Part shown: positions 27,752 to 41,800 of the stretch, in pieces
Numbering within the stretch: the stretch's first letter is position 1
How the letters are laid out: each line of letters opens with the position of its first letter
NCBI GenBank assembly: GCA_040954595.2
Contig: CM082580.2
Coordinates: 9,712,390-9,776,389 of the forward strand
Reading direction: 5' to 3'
Length of the DNA stretch: 64,000 bases
Origin: Balanoglossus misakiensis
Lineage: Eukaryota > Animalia > Hemichordata
Position numbers and translations under genes: made by a program
The notes under the pieces: generated by a model
Database searches by the model: none
What the model saw: only the letters and a program-made list of their open reading frames with translations
Told to the model about the DNA's origin: nothing

Positions 27752-29133
27752 ATGAAGATCTTGACGGTCATTCTGACACTGGTCAGCTTGCAGCAACGTT
27801 GTTCGGCTCAAACCCCCACACTGCAAGCTGACAGCCAATCCTCCGAGACGCAGCCTTCTGAAAACCAACAGTGTCCCACTGGGTCTGTTCATGGCATACC
27901 TGGTATCCCCGGCAACCCAGGTAATCAGAATGATCCTCGTCATTGACTGCGCCATTTTTGTGTGTACAGAAATATAAATCCTATACACAACTTCCATGTA
28001 CACCGGATTTATGTACTTTGTTGAAAATGGTCACTCTAGTAGAACTACCCCCAGCTTTAGGTTTGAATGAGGAGGGGTCTGGCTAATTTTCCAATACATT
28101 AACAAGGCCTAAATTTTGCATTATAATGACCGATGCCACGCCAGTAGTATTGAGTTTCTTAGCTGTACATGTATATAATATACATATGCTATATGCGCAA
28201 AGTACATTGTAATGGAGTGTCATTGAGGCAAATTGCTTGAGTAATATACGTGATAACAGTAAATCACATCAGACACCCATTAACGTCATTTCAGGGTTCC
28301 CCGGCAGTGCCGGACCAGCTGGTCCACCTGGTTTGAAGGGCGACGCCGGCCTGATTGGTCCACAGGGTGAAAAGGGCAGTAATGGGACAGATGGTGTAGG
28401 TCAACCTGGTCAGAAAGGTGAAATGGGGCTACCCGGGCCAAAAGGTGATACAGCCGAGACGGGGGCCAAAGGTTTCCGAGGCGCTCGAGGTGAGAATGGT
28501 CAAAATGTGACCAGACTAGAAATTAACCAGTTTTAAGTATTTTGACAACGATTTGTAGCATCCCTTCTCGGGCGGGAGAGGTCTCTTCGCCATTGTGTGA
28601 ACTACTTTCATGTAGCCACTGTCAACTTTGTTCTATGTTGTTTGCCAGGTTTTAGGGGCGAAGATGGCCAGACGGGGCCTGAAGGGCAGAAAGGTCAAAA
28701 AGGTCAGAAGGGTGAGGCAGGTGAAAGTGGCAGTGGAGTGGCATTTTCAGCTTCAAAGACATCGTCGCAGGGACCCCTGACGGGAGATTATCTAGTCATA
28801 TACGACAACGTTTTCTCCAATGTCGGCAATGGCTACAGTGAAACGACGGGACGGTTTACGTGCCCTGTCGGTGGCGTTTATTTCTTCACGATTTCGGGCA
28901 GAAAGCGGCCAGTTCATCACATGCAGTTGTGTTTGATGAAGAACACAATCGCTTTGCCGTGTATCGAGATCTACGGATCAAACAACGACAATGCCATGGG
29001 TTCTAACAGTGTCGTCATCGGTTTGCAGCAAGATGACCGAGTCTGGGTTCGACTCAGTAGTGGAAGTGCTTTGTACAGCGACGATGATGGTAGCGCGACC
29101 TTTACAGGTTACCTGTTGTCGGAGACAACATAG
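27752..29133 (+). CDS. Secreted collagen-domain C1q protein (C1q/C1QTNF-like), 282 aa
   Basis: Exons 27752-27920, 28295-28489, 28649-29133. Signal peptide MKILTVILTLVSLQQRCSA; N-terminal Cys; >30 Gly-X-Y triplets; gC1q motifs VAFSA, VIYDNVFSNVGNGYSETTGRFTCPVGGVYFF, SNSVVIGLQQDDRVWVRL, ATFTGYLL. Confidence 0.93.
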
Positions 29134-30099
29134 AAACAAAAGATTGGAGATCTGCGCACCTTCGTGCAAAAATTACACACATTTCAATTTCATTTGTGGA
29201 TTGTTGGATAATTTGAAATCAGAAAACAGACGCAAGCTTTGATAAATTCTTTATATTTTGTTAATTCCATCATGCTGAAATCCCCCTGCTTATAAGAAAA
29301 GAATTTACAATAGCAAAAAAGCAAACAAAAAAGAGCTTCTTTCAAAATAAATCTCAGAATATACTCTAATTCCTCAAGTTTATACTTCTCAGAAATTTCC
29401 CACTCGTTTTAGTATTATTATGTTTTGCAAAATAATTTGTGGAAAAAAACGAGAACGATTATTACACCAACTTCCTGATATAATAAAGATAATAATACAG
29501 CTTAATCCAAGCACATTTTCAAAGAGTGCAAAAAATCATACCGTTCCACAAAATGTTTCTTAACAGCGGAATATCCTCTGCTGTTTTTAGTAATCAACAG
29601 TGGTCACAGACAAGAAAAAAATACCCATCAACTCAGGAAGGTGTTGTCATGGTGACCAGTTAGAAATTTCAAACACTGTGTTCATCGCTATTTCCAGTTT
29701 GTCAAAATAAATTGACACCAAATCTCAAAAACTAAGGCAATGTTTCAATTATGTTAGTTTGGATCCAAACCTGATGAATTACCCGACCTGTTAGAATCTG
29801 ATTTCCCTTTTCATTGAACCCCCCCCCCCCAAAAAAAAAAAAAAAAAAAACACATCCCAGAGTCATGATTTTGTCATTTGGCCCGTGGCTATAAGCTCGA
29901 AAGCAAATGGAAACAGACAAGAATGATGATGGCAATACCACAAGTGGAACAGCTGTTTTGAAATCCCATGAATTCTGATTCTGACAGTAAAAAAACACAA
30001 TTAGTAAATATTTTGTAACATTGAAATGGTGTAATTAGTGTGGCGAGTGGAATCGGGACAGTTCATCCCCCCTGGCCATTGTCCGTGCAGATATTTCAC

Positions 30100-30233
30100 C
30101 GATCAGGGCGTTTTCCACGCAGAGATTCTCGTGGATAATTTTAACCTAGCTAAGGAGTCTAACCATGGTCATACTCCTTAGCTAGGTAAAAAAAATACCC
30201 ATGCTTGTCACTGCGTGGAGACTGTGGTCAGGG
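30100..30233. mobile_element. Degenerate ~116-bp fold-back element with a 9-bp flanking duplication
   Basis: Inner arms acctagctaaggagt (30144-30158)/actccttagctaggt (30173-30187); outer arms tccacgcag/ctgcgtgga; flanks cgatcaggg/tggtcaggg. Confidence 0.65.
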
Positions 30234-32826
30234 TTACCGGCTTGCTTTGAGTAGGCGTAGATCACGTCCAGAATGACATGACCATGGGTAAACTGTCTGA
30301 AACTATGCTACCTGCCGACATAAGTACCCTGTGTTGATTGAAGAATAACATCGAATGGAATGACTGAATAAACTTACATGATGAGACTGAAATGTACTTC
30401 TACAAAAATACACATCATACTTTCTTCAGAGACACTTCAAGATTTGCATCATTCATGAAAGGAACTAGTTATAGCAAGCGAGAAGTTCGATACGATTATT
30501 ATATGAAACATTCCCATGAATTTTCATGGGGAAAACGGAAAGCCCAAGAGGAAAGCTCCTGCATTTCAAATAATGTGAAATTCTTTGGTTTCCATGACAT
30601 AAATCCGGGAAAGCTGGAAAAATTTAATTCCACAAAAAGTGGAATTAGCAAACATTACTGAATGAAAAGTACACAATACATATATATCCCATTTTATATA
30701 TTTGAAATCCTGCAAGATGAATACCGGTATGTATAAGGAATTGCGTTCTATTTTTTTCTAATTCACATAATTAGCGTAGATGTTCCCCCCCCCCCCCCCC
30801 CCCGCCCCAAGAATGGTCCCAATTTTTTTGGTCTTGAAAAAACACTGCAGTGATTGTGTTCCACGTTTCATCACATGACACTTTTTTCCACAAGAAACTG
30901 AGGACAATAATATATGGTTATTCACAAAATACAGGGATTTATGTCCAAGTACATCTTGCAGCGCAGGTATTGTCAGAGACACGCAACACACACACACACA
31001 CACTCCTTCTGCTGAACTCACTCAACAATACACACCAATGGCAGTTTTGAAAGAGTAATCCTCATTGGCTAGTCCAGTTGTACCACATAGAATTTCCATC
31101 CAATCAAAAGTCTTCTTGTATAATACAAAGTCACGATAACCAATCATCAATAGCCTCTATGTGTATACATACATACAGGGACATTGCTCTATGAAGACTG
31201 ACATGTCATTTGTGAACTAGTGCAATCGTGGATGGTGGTGTGCTTTTTTTTTCTTAGTGGAAAAGTGCTCCATTTATGTCATCATTGCATCAAGCATATA
31301 GGACGAACCTTGGTCACAGACAAAAGTGGAAGACACTTGTCACGAGACAGATATATGCGTATGTTCAATTTGCTTGTAAAGTCAAGCAACAAGACACAGT
31401 GTAAATTGACAGTTACAATGTACGGTTCTCACATGCCAACCTATACAAAAAATATACATAATCTACTCTCTGTTGTGGTGCTTAGATGACAGTAGTCATC
31501 AAAACTGCCCATGCACTTCTGAGGCCAATTCGAGACGTCCGACCAGACTACAAAAAATATGGAATTCATGGGTGAGGTTTTACACAGTGTTCTTCCACTG
31601 CCTTTGAGCAGACATGTGCCACCTGCCTGCATATGAGGATACAGTGCTTCATTTCTGATGCAGAAATGTTGGGGCTTTCAACGAGGGCTGATTCTTAATA
31701 AAGGACTGAAGCACAGGTCATGGAATACTGAGGAGATTTGGCACAAAATCGGGTCTAATAATCGTTATCATACAAGGTAGGCATTTCCTCTGCATCCCGA
31801 ACAGTTTCTACGTGTTCTAGGCAACATGACGCGCACCGTTTCAACACAGGTTTGACTGAATTAACTAGAGCACAGAGACAGAACAGGCAAGATGAAACAA
31901 TCACATTGGAACATAGACCAGAAAACTACATCCTCTTTTCTTTCCCTTGGAGCTAAACTTTGTGTTCTAGATATGAGCTTCATGCTGCAAATATTAATGA
32001 AATTACAATTTAAATTTTTTTTACAAGTAATATCTAAGTCGGAATGTATGAAATTGTCGTGTTCCTATAGGGTTCAAAGGTTACAGGCACTCAAAGTTTA
32101 TAAGTTCAGAGATCAAGGGGTCAACTTTCAAGGGCAGCTCTTATATCTCACTCCTGTCACAAACCCGATTCAAAGATGCAACTTAGACATGTATGTTGTA
32201 ACATGTCATGAGATGATTGTGTGCTTATTTGAAAATCTGCAGGATACCCAAAATCTCACTGGAATAAAGCAGTGGTGTGTTCCAGTCTCCAGAACAGGTA
32301 TACCCCTGTGTTATGGCCTTATCTGCTGTATTGCTTTACTACATGAATATAATGAATGAAGTATTTTAATCTATTAGGTGCATAGAGCTAAAAGTGTGCT
32401 CTGTTTTTATATGTTAAATTTGGCAACTATTTGATAACACCATTTGACTACCCCATTTGTGAGAGACATCTGGTCTACACACAACAGATTAGATGCTGCT
32501 CGACTGTAGTGACTTTCAACACAGGATGTCTTCAGTATAGGGCGTGTGTGGTTTTCTTCCTTGTGCAGGCTAAACAGCGCCCTCGCACTTTTTGTGGAAA
32601 ATTCCAGAGGGCGCCACAGCGGATTCATATTATCTTTAGTTGTATGGTCCAAATATTTATGCAAGGATGAAACTGAAGATTTTTCTTCTTCATGGAAATG
32701 ACCAGTTGTGCGCATCCAGAGAACGATACAACTATCTAAACATGGCTGGTTATAAGATTCTTCCGGTCCAGAAATGACAACAACAAAAAAAGTCCTGGTT
32801 GCCATTCAAAATGCTGCTCCCGGGAA

Positions 32827-35800
32827 TCACTCGGGGAAGATGTGGTGTATTTCTAATAGAATGAATTCTACAATTTGGTTCTGGCAGACCAAGTTGACCG
32901 CCATGTTACCCGTCTCTATCTCTGGCCAAAGGAGCGTAGGTCCAAAGACGATAGCGATGCTCTGGGCATTCATGCGATTGTAGCTCTCATGCTGTGCTAT
33001 CCTGGAAAATTGAAACAGAAAACTCATTCAGTCATAGCATCAGAGGATGAATGAAAACCAACAGGAATGTCGGCCACACGTTTTAGACTGCCATTTTCAG
33101 GTTACACATAATTATGTGGTGTCGATACAGGACACATTATACAGTGCACTGGATCTGTGACAAAAACTCCAAAATTTGTGGTACATTTGGAAAGTACATG
33201 TAGTGACTTACCTTCGCAAGTGTTGAAAGAGAACTCTCATAGTGTCTTGGTTCGGTCTAGGCATTACTCCTATTAATCCCTTGAAAGCTTTTAGTTTTTG
33301 TTTTCTGTCCTTTAATCCTGTGGGGGACAATGATATGTTGTTTAGAATTCTTGTTGAGCACCTCGCATGTTTTCATGAAAAATTGCTACAAGCAAAACAG
33401 GTAAATGAGCACACTGCATAAAGACATTTCGAATGAAGTCTACACAAGCATGTGAGTTGAAATAAAAATTCACAATGTGGATAGACTTACTTATTGCAGC
33501 TATGAATTTGTCGAAGAATTTGAACGGAAACAGGGGTTCCTTCAATTCTCTGAAGAAGAGCTTGAGGCAACCGGTTATGATATGAATGTCCTCCCACTTA
33601 GGATCATACAGGTTCACATTTTGCTCTGAAATAAAAATAGTTTAAATACACGGAATTTGTTAACAAGACGAATACGATTTCACTCTCACGCTTTCACCCC
33701 CAAATTTCAAGTTTGAGAGTCCAACTGCACCACTGGAAACAGTGGGGCTGGACCATAGTCCAGCGTGGAAAAGGGTGGTAAGAAGCTGACCTTGATCGAC
33801 TGTGACTCTGAGCTTCTGAATGTGTGACATGTTGCCACTGACTCTGTAGATGCCGTCCACTTCCATTCCTTTCTTCTCTATGATTGCTATGCACTGAACA
33901 ACAAACTTGGGCACTGTACTCTTCTCCTTCTCGCACAACTGGCCCAGATCGCTGCCGAACACACGATCTGCAAAACACACAAATACATCTTCCATGAATC
34001 AACATTTCACACATTTGCTGTTAAACTCACCTCAATACCTTACACAAATACTGCAAGACCCAAATACCACAGAAAACATGATATTTTAATTATTTCAGGA
34101 CTTGTACTTTTTTAGTTTCAAATGTAAAGTCAGAGATGAACAGGTTTTACTTTACCTTTGATAATTCCTTTTTTTTCTAGAGTTTCCTTTTTCGGTCGTA
34201 TACTAAGTAATCTCTTTAATTTGCCACCCACCCTGGTCTGTCGGTCGTACTTTCCACCGGAATCACCTGTAGAAAACAGCCAAGTTCATAACTACATGTA
34301 GGAATGTGTCAGAATCATGGAGTTTATAACAGAGAGAGTCTAACTTAAAAGAAGAAGATGATGATGTACATGTTACCATCTACATCTTTAGTTCTTGAAA
34401 CAACAAGAGAAAAGACTGCTTACTCCTAAGGGGAGGTCCACCTTCCAGATCATCCTCATCATCTGAAATATCTACACTAGGTTGCCTTCTGCCGGGTACA
34501 GGACTCTACAAGAGAAAATGAAAGCAATGGCTGTTGATATCAGCTCTAAACAACCCATTACAGGTCACTGCCTGCAACTTTGGCTGTTGACTGTGTATAC
34601 CTTTAAATACACAGTGATAATCTTCTCAACAAAGGCCACGTGTGCAAAATCAACACTATTATTGTTTCAAAAGTGATTTCAAGTGGATGAAAAATCAAAA
34701 CATAATTTGATGGTACCTACCAGTCTGTTGATGACTATGGCTAATGTTTCATACCACTGCTGGGATTGCATGGCATTATCACACTGTATAAGATATTCCG
34801 TACCACCAATGGTACTTAACTGGGGGAAAAACAAACACAGCAACAATGGGGGATTACAACAGGTCCTAAACAAAGTTGCCATAAATCATGAGTTGGCAAA
34901 GTTTGTAGTTGAGGGAGGATTCATTTAGCACTTACTTGGAAGACATATTTTTTGCTAGATTTATCTCTGGTCCACTCCACATATGCACCTCTCAAGTGAA
35001 TTGTTGCTTCTGGCTTCGAAGTCGGAGAGCCCGTTTTCTAGGAAATGTTGAAACAGAGAAATTATAAGCACCGTGCTGATTGGTTCAAAGACTCTCCACA
35101 TGACAGTGACATCACTTCAATATCCAATCCCTCAATTGCTACTGCAGACACATTATATGATGTCACACAATCCAGTCAACAGCAACGTCTCACTGCAAGT
35201 TCATGATGATTTTGTGTGTGTAAAACATTGACGGCATATCCAAATCCTTACCCCACTGGCTGATTTCTGATCTTTATAAAAGAACAGAAGAGGCGGAGAC
35301 AAGATGAGATATGACGAGCACCAATTCTTTTTAATCTTCTTGCCGTTTTCGAATATTTTCGCTTTATTGACCATACCTTGCCTTTCAGTGGAAGCTGTAT
35401 GGTCGTGCATAGCAAGGTCTGATAAACTACGGTGAATTATCTGTGGAGAGCAGAGACATAACACATCAAGGATTGGCCTGCGTTTTTCAAATCACCCCAG
35501 CACTATGGCATTAAGACAGAACCATCTTGAGCCGCTCAGTGCTCAGGAGTGGGAATATTGAACCCTTAAGATTTCACCAGAGTGATAAAACTATTTATAA
35601 CTTGACTGAACCCAACAAAAATTTTTGGTGTATAGCGCCCTCTTTCCAATGCAACCATATTCTTTTGTTTGCGTCTAACAGCATGCATGTTATTTGACAA
35701 AGTCAACCAAAACTTCACATCAGTGAGACATTTTAAGACAGCACACCGTTACCCAAAATTAATCATAGAAACCCAAGCCCATTAACGTTCCCCCCACCCA

Positions 35801-38800
35801 TAGTTTGAAGGTGTATAACAAAGCATGGAGACTCACCACATTGGGATCGCTGGGAAGTGCCGACAGGCTCCCTGGCAGTGTTGCACTCTTTCTGTTGGAA
35901 GTGGGACTACCGCTGGCGATGAACGAATGCGCTTTGGAACCCCGCTCCGATCCCGACCGGACCTGATTCCGGTTCCAGCCTTCCTCCAAGGCTAAATTGC
36001 CATCGGTGTGACTCCTGGGAATGGGGTCTGCCTGTGAAGTCAAGACATACACGTATCACTACAAGCCAGTCCAAAATCAAAACAGAGAAGGGCAATGTTA
36101 ACGCTTTGAATTTTACATGGTTGTCATGATTATCTCAGACTTATTTCCACCAGATGTCGTGATACCAAAATTAGTTACAGCCAATGGTGCTTCAAGCCTG
36201 ACTGCTGATTGCCACAGGTCACCCTGTTATTTTTTAGATGAATTTATGAGCTGCTGGCAAAGATTATTAACAACGAAACTAATTCATACAGTTGTCACAC
36301 AATTGCATCAAGCTGAAATGTAATGAAGACAGTTACTGACAGTGATCTGGGGAGGGGTTATGTGTGTATGACAATTAGGACTGGGGCAAAGAGATGGTGT
36401 CAGGGGGTGTGACTGTGTGAATGTAACCTGCCAAGCAGACACGACAGATGGTTTTCAATGTCGCCACCTATACAGACTGGAGTGGGTTTATATTATCTGA
36501 CAAAAATGGATGACTGTGCTGTATGCAACACATGCAGGGTCGGTTTTTGTTATTACTGGGCGATACAATGGCTTAATTTCTGTGAAACTGCAGGATTAAT
36601 TGGCCACCAGACTGATGTAAACAGAAAATGATGAAGGAATCACAGCCAGAACCAGAAACATTTGATAGGGGCAAGGAAAGACATGGGATTACTTTTTCCT
36701 AGTTAATCATGATGAGTTGACCACATATTCTGTGCGTTTGGGTTTGTGACTTGTTATAAAACAAAAGAGAATACAAAAACAAACAAAACACAAACTTGGA
36801 ATCCAGAACAACAAACCTGAGAGTACAAGTTCAAGTAAGGGTAGCTTTGCCGTTTCAAACGCTGCAAAGACAGATTGTACAGGTATGTGTTAGTGCTTTG
36901 CGTGTGACTGTTTTTATTCTTTGTCATACATGTACTCAAATCAAATGCATGAATTATTCAAGTTTTATTTACATGATTGGACGTGTCAGCAAGAACACAA
37001 AATTAGAACTTGTGGCCATTTGATTTTCTGATTGATACAGATGGTTACATTGGCCCACTTATAGTTATACATGTATGTCATTTACCTTACAGTATTAATT
37101 AACTAAATATGTGTTTTGAAACTGTTTCAAATGATTATCAGTAGGTATTTGGTAACACAGCAATAACCCGGTTTACCACATCTGAATTTTGACTTATCCG
37201 TGAGGCCCATATTTTAACATCAAAATTGGATGAAATGTATGGTTTCTGGCAAGCTCTGGTGTTAGTAGCTAAAAACTTTATTGCTTCAATTTACAGGCAA
37301 TAGCATGTATCTTGACAACCTTGCACTGTTTCCCTGGGCAATGTATAAAAACATAAAAAGCAACCAGGTCTGAGCTCAAGTTTGATGGGATGTGGGCTAA
37401 ACCACTATGGAGCAAGGGGGTCGCAGCATGGTATTATGATGGAAGAATAAGAAGACAGCTAGCAGACTCGGAAGAAACCAACCTCAGGATACCGGTAATT
37501 GTGGACTTCTCCCCTCAAAAACTGGAAAAACAGACATGCAAATTTAGTAACTAAGGGTGCGACATGCATGCACCTACTGATATCAACCAGACAAAATAAT
37601 TCTCTGATTCAAGTTGCTTCCGTGTATTACAAAATGCAATCTTCAACATGTTCTGGCACAGTTTTGTGGAACTTTTTACCTCACACACACAAGTTCTATT
37701 TACATGCTTAAAACTAAAAGGCACTGAAAAAGCAAAACATCTCTGCATAAGTGACAGTGTGACTGACTTACCTCAGGCAGTTCCCATGCTGTATCTATCC
37801 CATTATCACTGTAGTAATACACCTTTCCGCTGGGATCTTGGGATGTGTGCCACTATCGGAGAACAAGGTAAAAAAAAAAGTTGATATTTCAAAAATCATC
37901 CACTCTTTAATTATCCAGGACTGGTGGTGTGAGCTACATTAATGAGTGGTTTGAGATTCATATTCAGGGAAAAATGGAATCAGACTGGCTATATTAGCTA
38001 TTATCGATCCAGGAATTCATTCATATAATCTTGCTTTATATTCCCAAGCCTGGATGGCTCCTTTGATAAACAAAGAAACCCTCGCAGACAATTCCATCAA
38101 TATGCCCAGAGGTTTTAATTCATTCTGCAGAGTAATGGTGCTGAACACAGGGATCCTAGAGAATACAGAATCCATTCCCATCTCTTCACAACAATGCCCA
38201 TTGTGGAAGCCCAATTTCCTCTGACAATAAAAGCTTACTTTCCCTGGGGGCATCGTCGTGCAAATTGAATTTTTTCCAATCATCCTTTCCCTCTTCCGGA
38301 GAATTCTGTTCTCCTCCCAACTTGTTAAATAGAACTAATGTTTTGCAAATGAACAAAGAACATATTTTTCTCTCTCTGATCATGAACTATAAACAGAACA
38401 AAAAAAGAGACTGTCACAGAAAGTAGTTTTATAGACTGAACCTTGAGGCCTTGCGACTCTCAAAAGTGGTTTAGACTTGATGGGTTTATCTTATAGCGAC
38501 GCTGATAACTGAAAGCTAGGACTGAGAGATTTCACAAAATGAACTGATATCGGCCATTTTTATCTCACTCTGTCAGCGGTGACAGAAACATAAAGTGGGT
38601 AAACTTGATAGGTTAGCACTCTGCTGGCGAAAACTGGGAGTCGCACATTTGCGGCGCTGTTAAGATTTCACGGATGATGAGCAGTTTATCAGTAATTGTA
38701 TCTGACTGCTGGTGATAATGCAGAGTGGCTAGGCTTTTGTGAGATTACACTGCTGGTGTAAATTGGGTGCCAACACTGACACATTTCACAAACTGAACTT

Positions 38801-41800
38801 ATGTCAGGTCCCATTGTGCACATGCCAGAAGTATACATGCATACATGTACATGCATGATGCATGTACAAATACCAGATACACAATTTTCAGTGCGTACAT
38901 GTATCTCTAGACTACCAATCCACTAAACACCATGATACATGTACACTGTACATGCAGAATTTGACAGCTGAATTTGGGCCTGGGTTTGAATCAGTTGTGA
39001 GTAAAATCTCTAATAACACTGGGTATTTCAACACAATAGCCTATAGGTCACATCACAAGAAACTGCAGGTGAAACACAGAATGAAATACTGCACAATGAT
39101 ATTCAAAGTACCGGTGCATTGTAACAGTACATTACACATGCAGTTTTCGGCACAATGCTTTGCAAACTACGCTCATCTTTGACGTAGTAGATCTGCTACT
39201 ATGAACAATTGATTCTCTCGCAAAATGACATTCAATTGTCATCAATCGGAAGTAAATCCATGTGACAGACAATACCCCTTTTCATTGTCAACTCGTAATA
39301 ACACTATTATGGACTCCACTAGTAATGTCAGAATAAAGAGAGCTTTGCAAATCCGACTGACAGATGGTGGATAAGTTTTGATGAACCTTTCAAATTTTCT
39401 AGATTACTTCCATGAAGACATCACTACAAATCAAGATTAATGGTCGCACTTACTAATTCTGATAATGCACCTTTATTTTTTCACAGTAACTAATATCTGG
39501 TATTTGAAATGATAGTCATTTAGTATGAGATGAGTGATATTAATTTATTATTATAAAAGAAGAATTCTAGTGAGGTTTAGAGGCATATTAGCATATCAGT
39601 CTGCTTGGAAGTCTGAAGTTGCATATTTCTAGTCTTGCTTGACATACAGATTACAGAGAAATCATTTATGTGACTGCAGCGATACAATTGTGACCTTGAG
39701 TTCAGGGTGATTAATCTGTTACAAAAGTCTCTATCTAAGGGTAATTATGATGCCTTTGAAATGTACATGCTCTTGATACCATGTGCCTAGAATACTGTGA
39801 TGACAAGATGTGACGGGAACACACATATCTCCCAATTACTTACAAATTTACCAAATGCAATTTCTTATCTGCACGTCTGGTACACTGTTAGCCACACATT
39901 AGGCAACCTTGGGGATCCATGAATGAATTATACGGAGCACAGGCGGACTATACCTTCTAGTTATCCCAGTTCAAGGCTGGAACCTAAGCACATCATCAAT
40001 TATTGAGCTTTCATCACAGGCAGGGTGAACGACCAGCCTGTCTTTTGTCAATGCATATAATCAAGTCCTTGTGAGTCCAGACTTAGAAATTCGAAGTCTA
40101 ACTATAGCTCTCATTATCCATAAAAGGGTTCAATAACCTGACTGCACATATGCTTACCTAGTTCGATCAGTCAATACCGTGAAGTCTTTCTCAGTTTTTT
40201 CCATTACCCTTGTCTGATAGTAATTTTATTGGTTGGTTGGTTGGTTGGATGGATGGAAGATGGAAAAATATTTCACAGCCAATGGGCTAACTCCTCATCA
40301 AAAGTTAGATAAACTTTCTATTACTCTTCACTGAATTCTGTTGGATTAGTTACCCTATACGACTAAAACATTTATGAACTTGAACATTAAAAATTCCCAA
40401 GTGTTTAGACCTCAGCTGTGACTTCCATTAAAATTCTGCAACCTAGATCTAATTCGGTGAGGGTGTAAAAAAAAGCCTGCGGCATGTAATAAAATATGCA
40501 ACACAGATCTAATTATTTTTGTCAGGTGAATGATGGAAAACACAAATCAAAGTAGTTCAAAGTAATAGCACATACATTTTTATGCTTCAGAAACGATTGA
40601 ACGATGCGCTGTTAAAATTGACCTGAAAGTAGCGATTTCAGAAGACCAAGATCAAAATAAGAGAGTGACTCAACAAAACACCTGACGTAATGGAGACACA
40701 AATAGAAATACACGTCAGCTAGAGAAATGCCACTCGCAAGATAAAAACATCAACCCCTAACGTTACTTCAATCAGCCTGCGACTGTGATTCATACAAAAC
40801 ATGACATAACACTTTACAAACTAGGACACCGTAATACTCTGTGAAGTGATTCAGTCGAAAATCGACTTAACACACCACACACCAGAACATCTCTATTTTG
40901 GTATGACTCACACGGCCCAATTTCTATTGATTACTCATTTAGATAAAATAGCGCTATTTGTTAGAGACACTTAAGAATCACTTTGCATCATTAGATCCCG
41001 TACCGTGACAAAGTAGCTTGAAAATACCTGTACGTGTCACAAATCTATAATTACCATAGACTGACTGCGTATAAACCTTCGATGACTTCTATATACCTTG
41101 ATCTAGTTTTACTGCATGCTGTTTCCAGTGTTAAATCAAATCATGCTGAGTAAAATACAATCATGCTATAACCACAGTCATTGAACTGACTGTGGATGTA
41201 AAATGCTGACTACTTGCATTTGAGTAATTTGCAAACTTCAGGTATTCAGCTAAATTCACTTAACAATGTAAGAGCTATTGAAAATTTCATTGCAAAACCA
41301 CATCATATAAAAGTTCATCAGTAAAACAGCCAACTACTCTGGTTTTCCAGAATGGAAAGACTGAATTTATTAACCTCCAACCACTGCAACTGTTTAGTTT
41401 GCATGTTAAATTGAGCACCACAAATCAAACTAAATCTAGTGTCCTTGGCAATGACAGTTATATCATTTGAAGGGAAATAAGTTTGGAAGCTATGCAGGAC
41501 TACCGACATTGACAATGGATACTCATAATGAGTTAGGACAGCTAACTGATCCATTAGCCAATCTAGGTGCACCACCCCCCTGGGAGATCAATACACAAAA
41601 TTTTGCATATTACTGTTATACAAATGTGACAAAGAGTACAATGAGAGGATTATCCCAAAGTACACACTATGTTTGATTAGACTGTGATAAGAAATTGGAA
41701 ATCATTGAGAACAATGAAAAAAGCAAACTTATTCAGGTATGATCTTGTTATAAACATTGCACAGTTATTCAGATATCAAAACTATAGCAGATAATGCAAT

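Noticed and set aside
29819-30803. Poly-C and poly-A tracts as a retrocopy tail
   Set aside because: No associated TSD or SINE/LINE body; simple homopolymers
31892-32805. 155-aa (+) and 132-aa (-) ORFs
   Set aside because: AT-rich presumed RhoGAP 3'UTR; no coding bias or recognisable motifs
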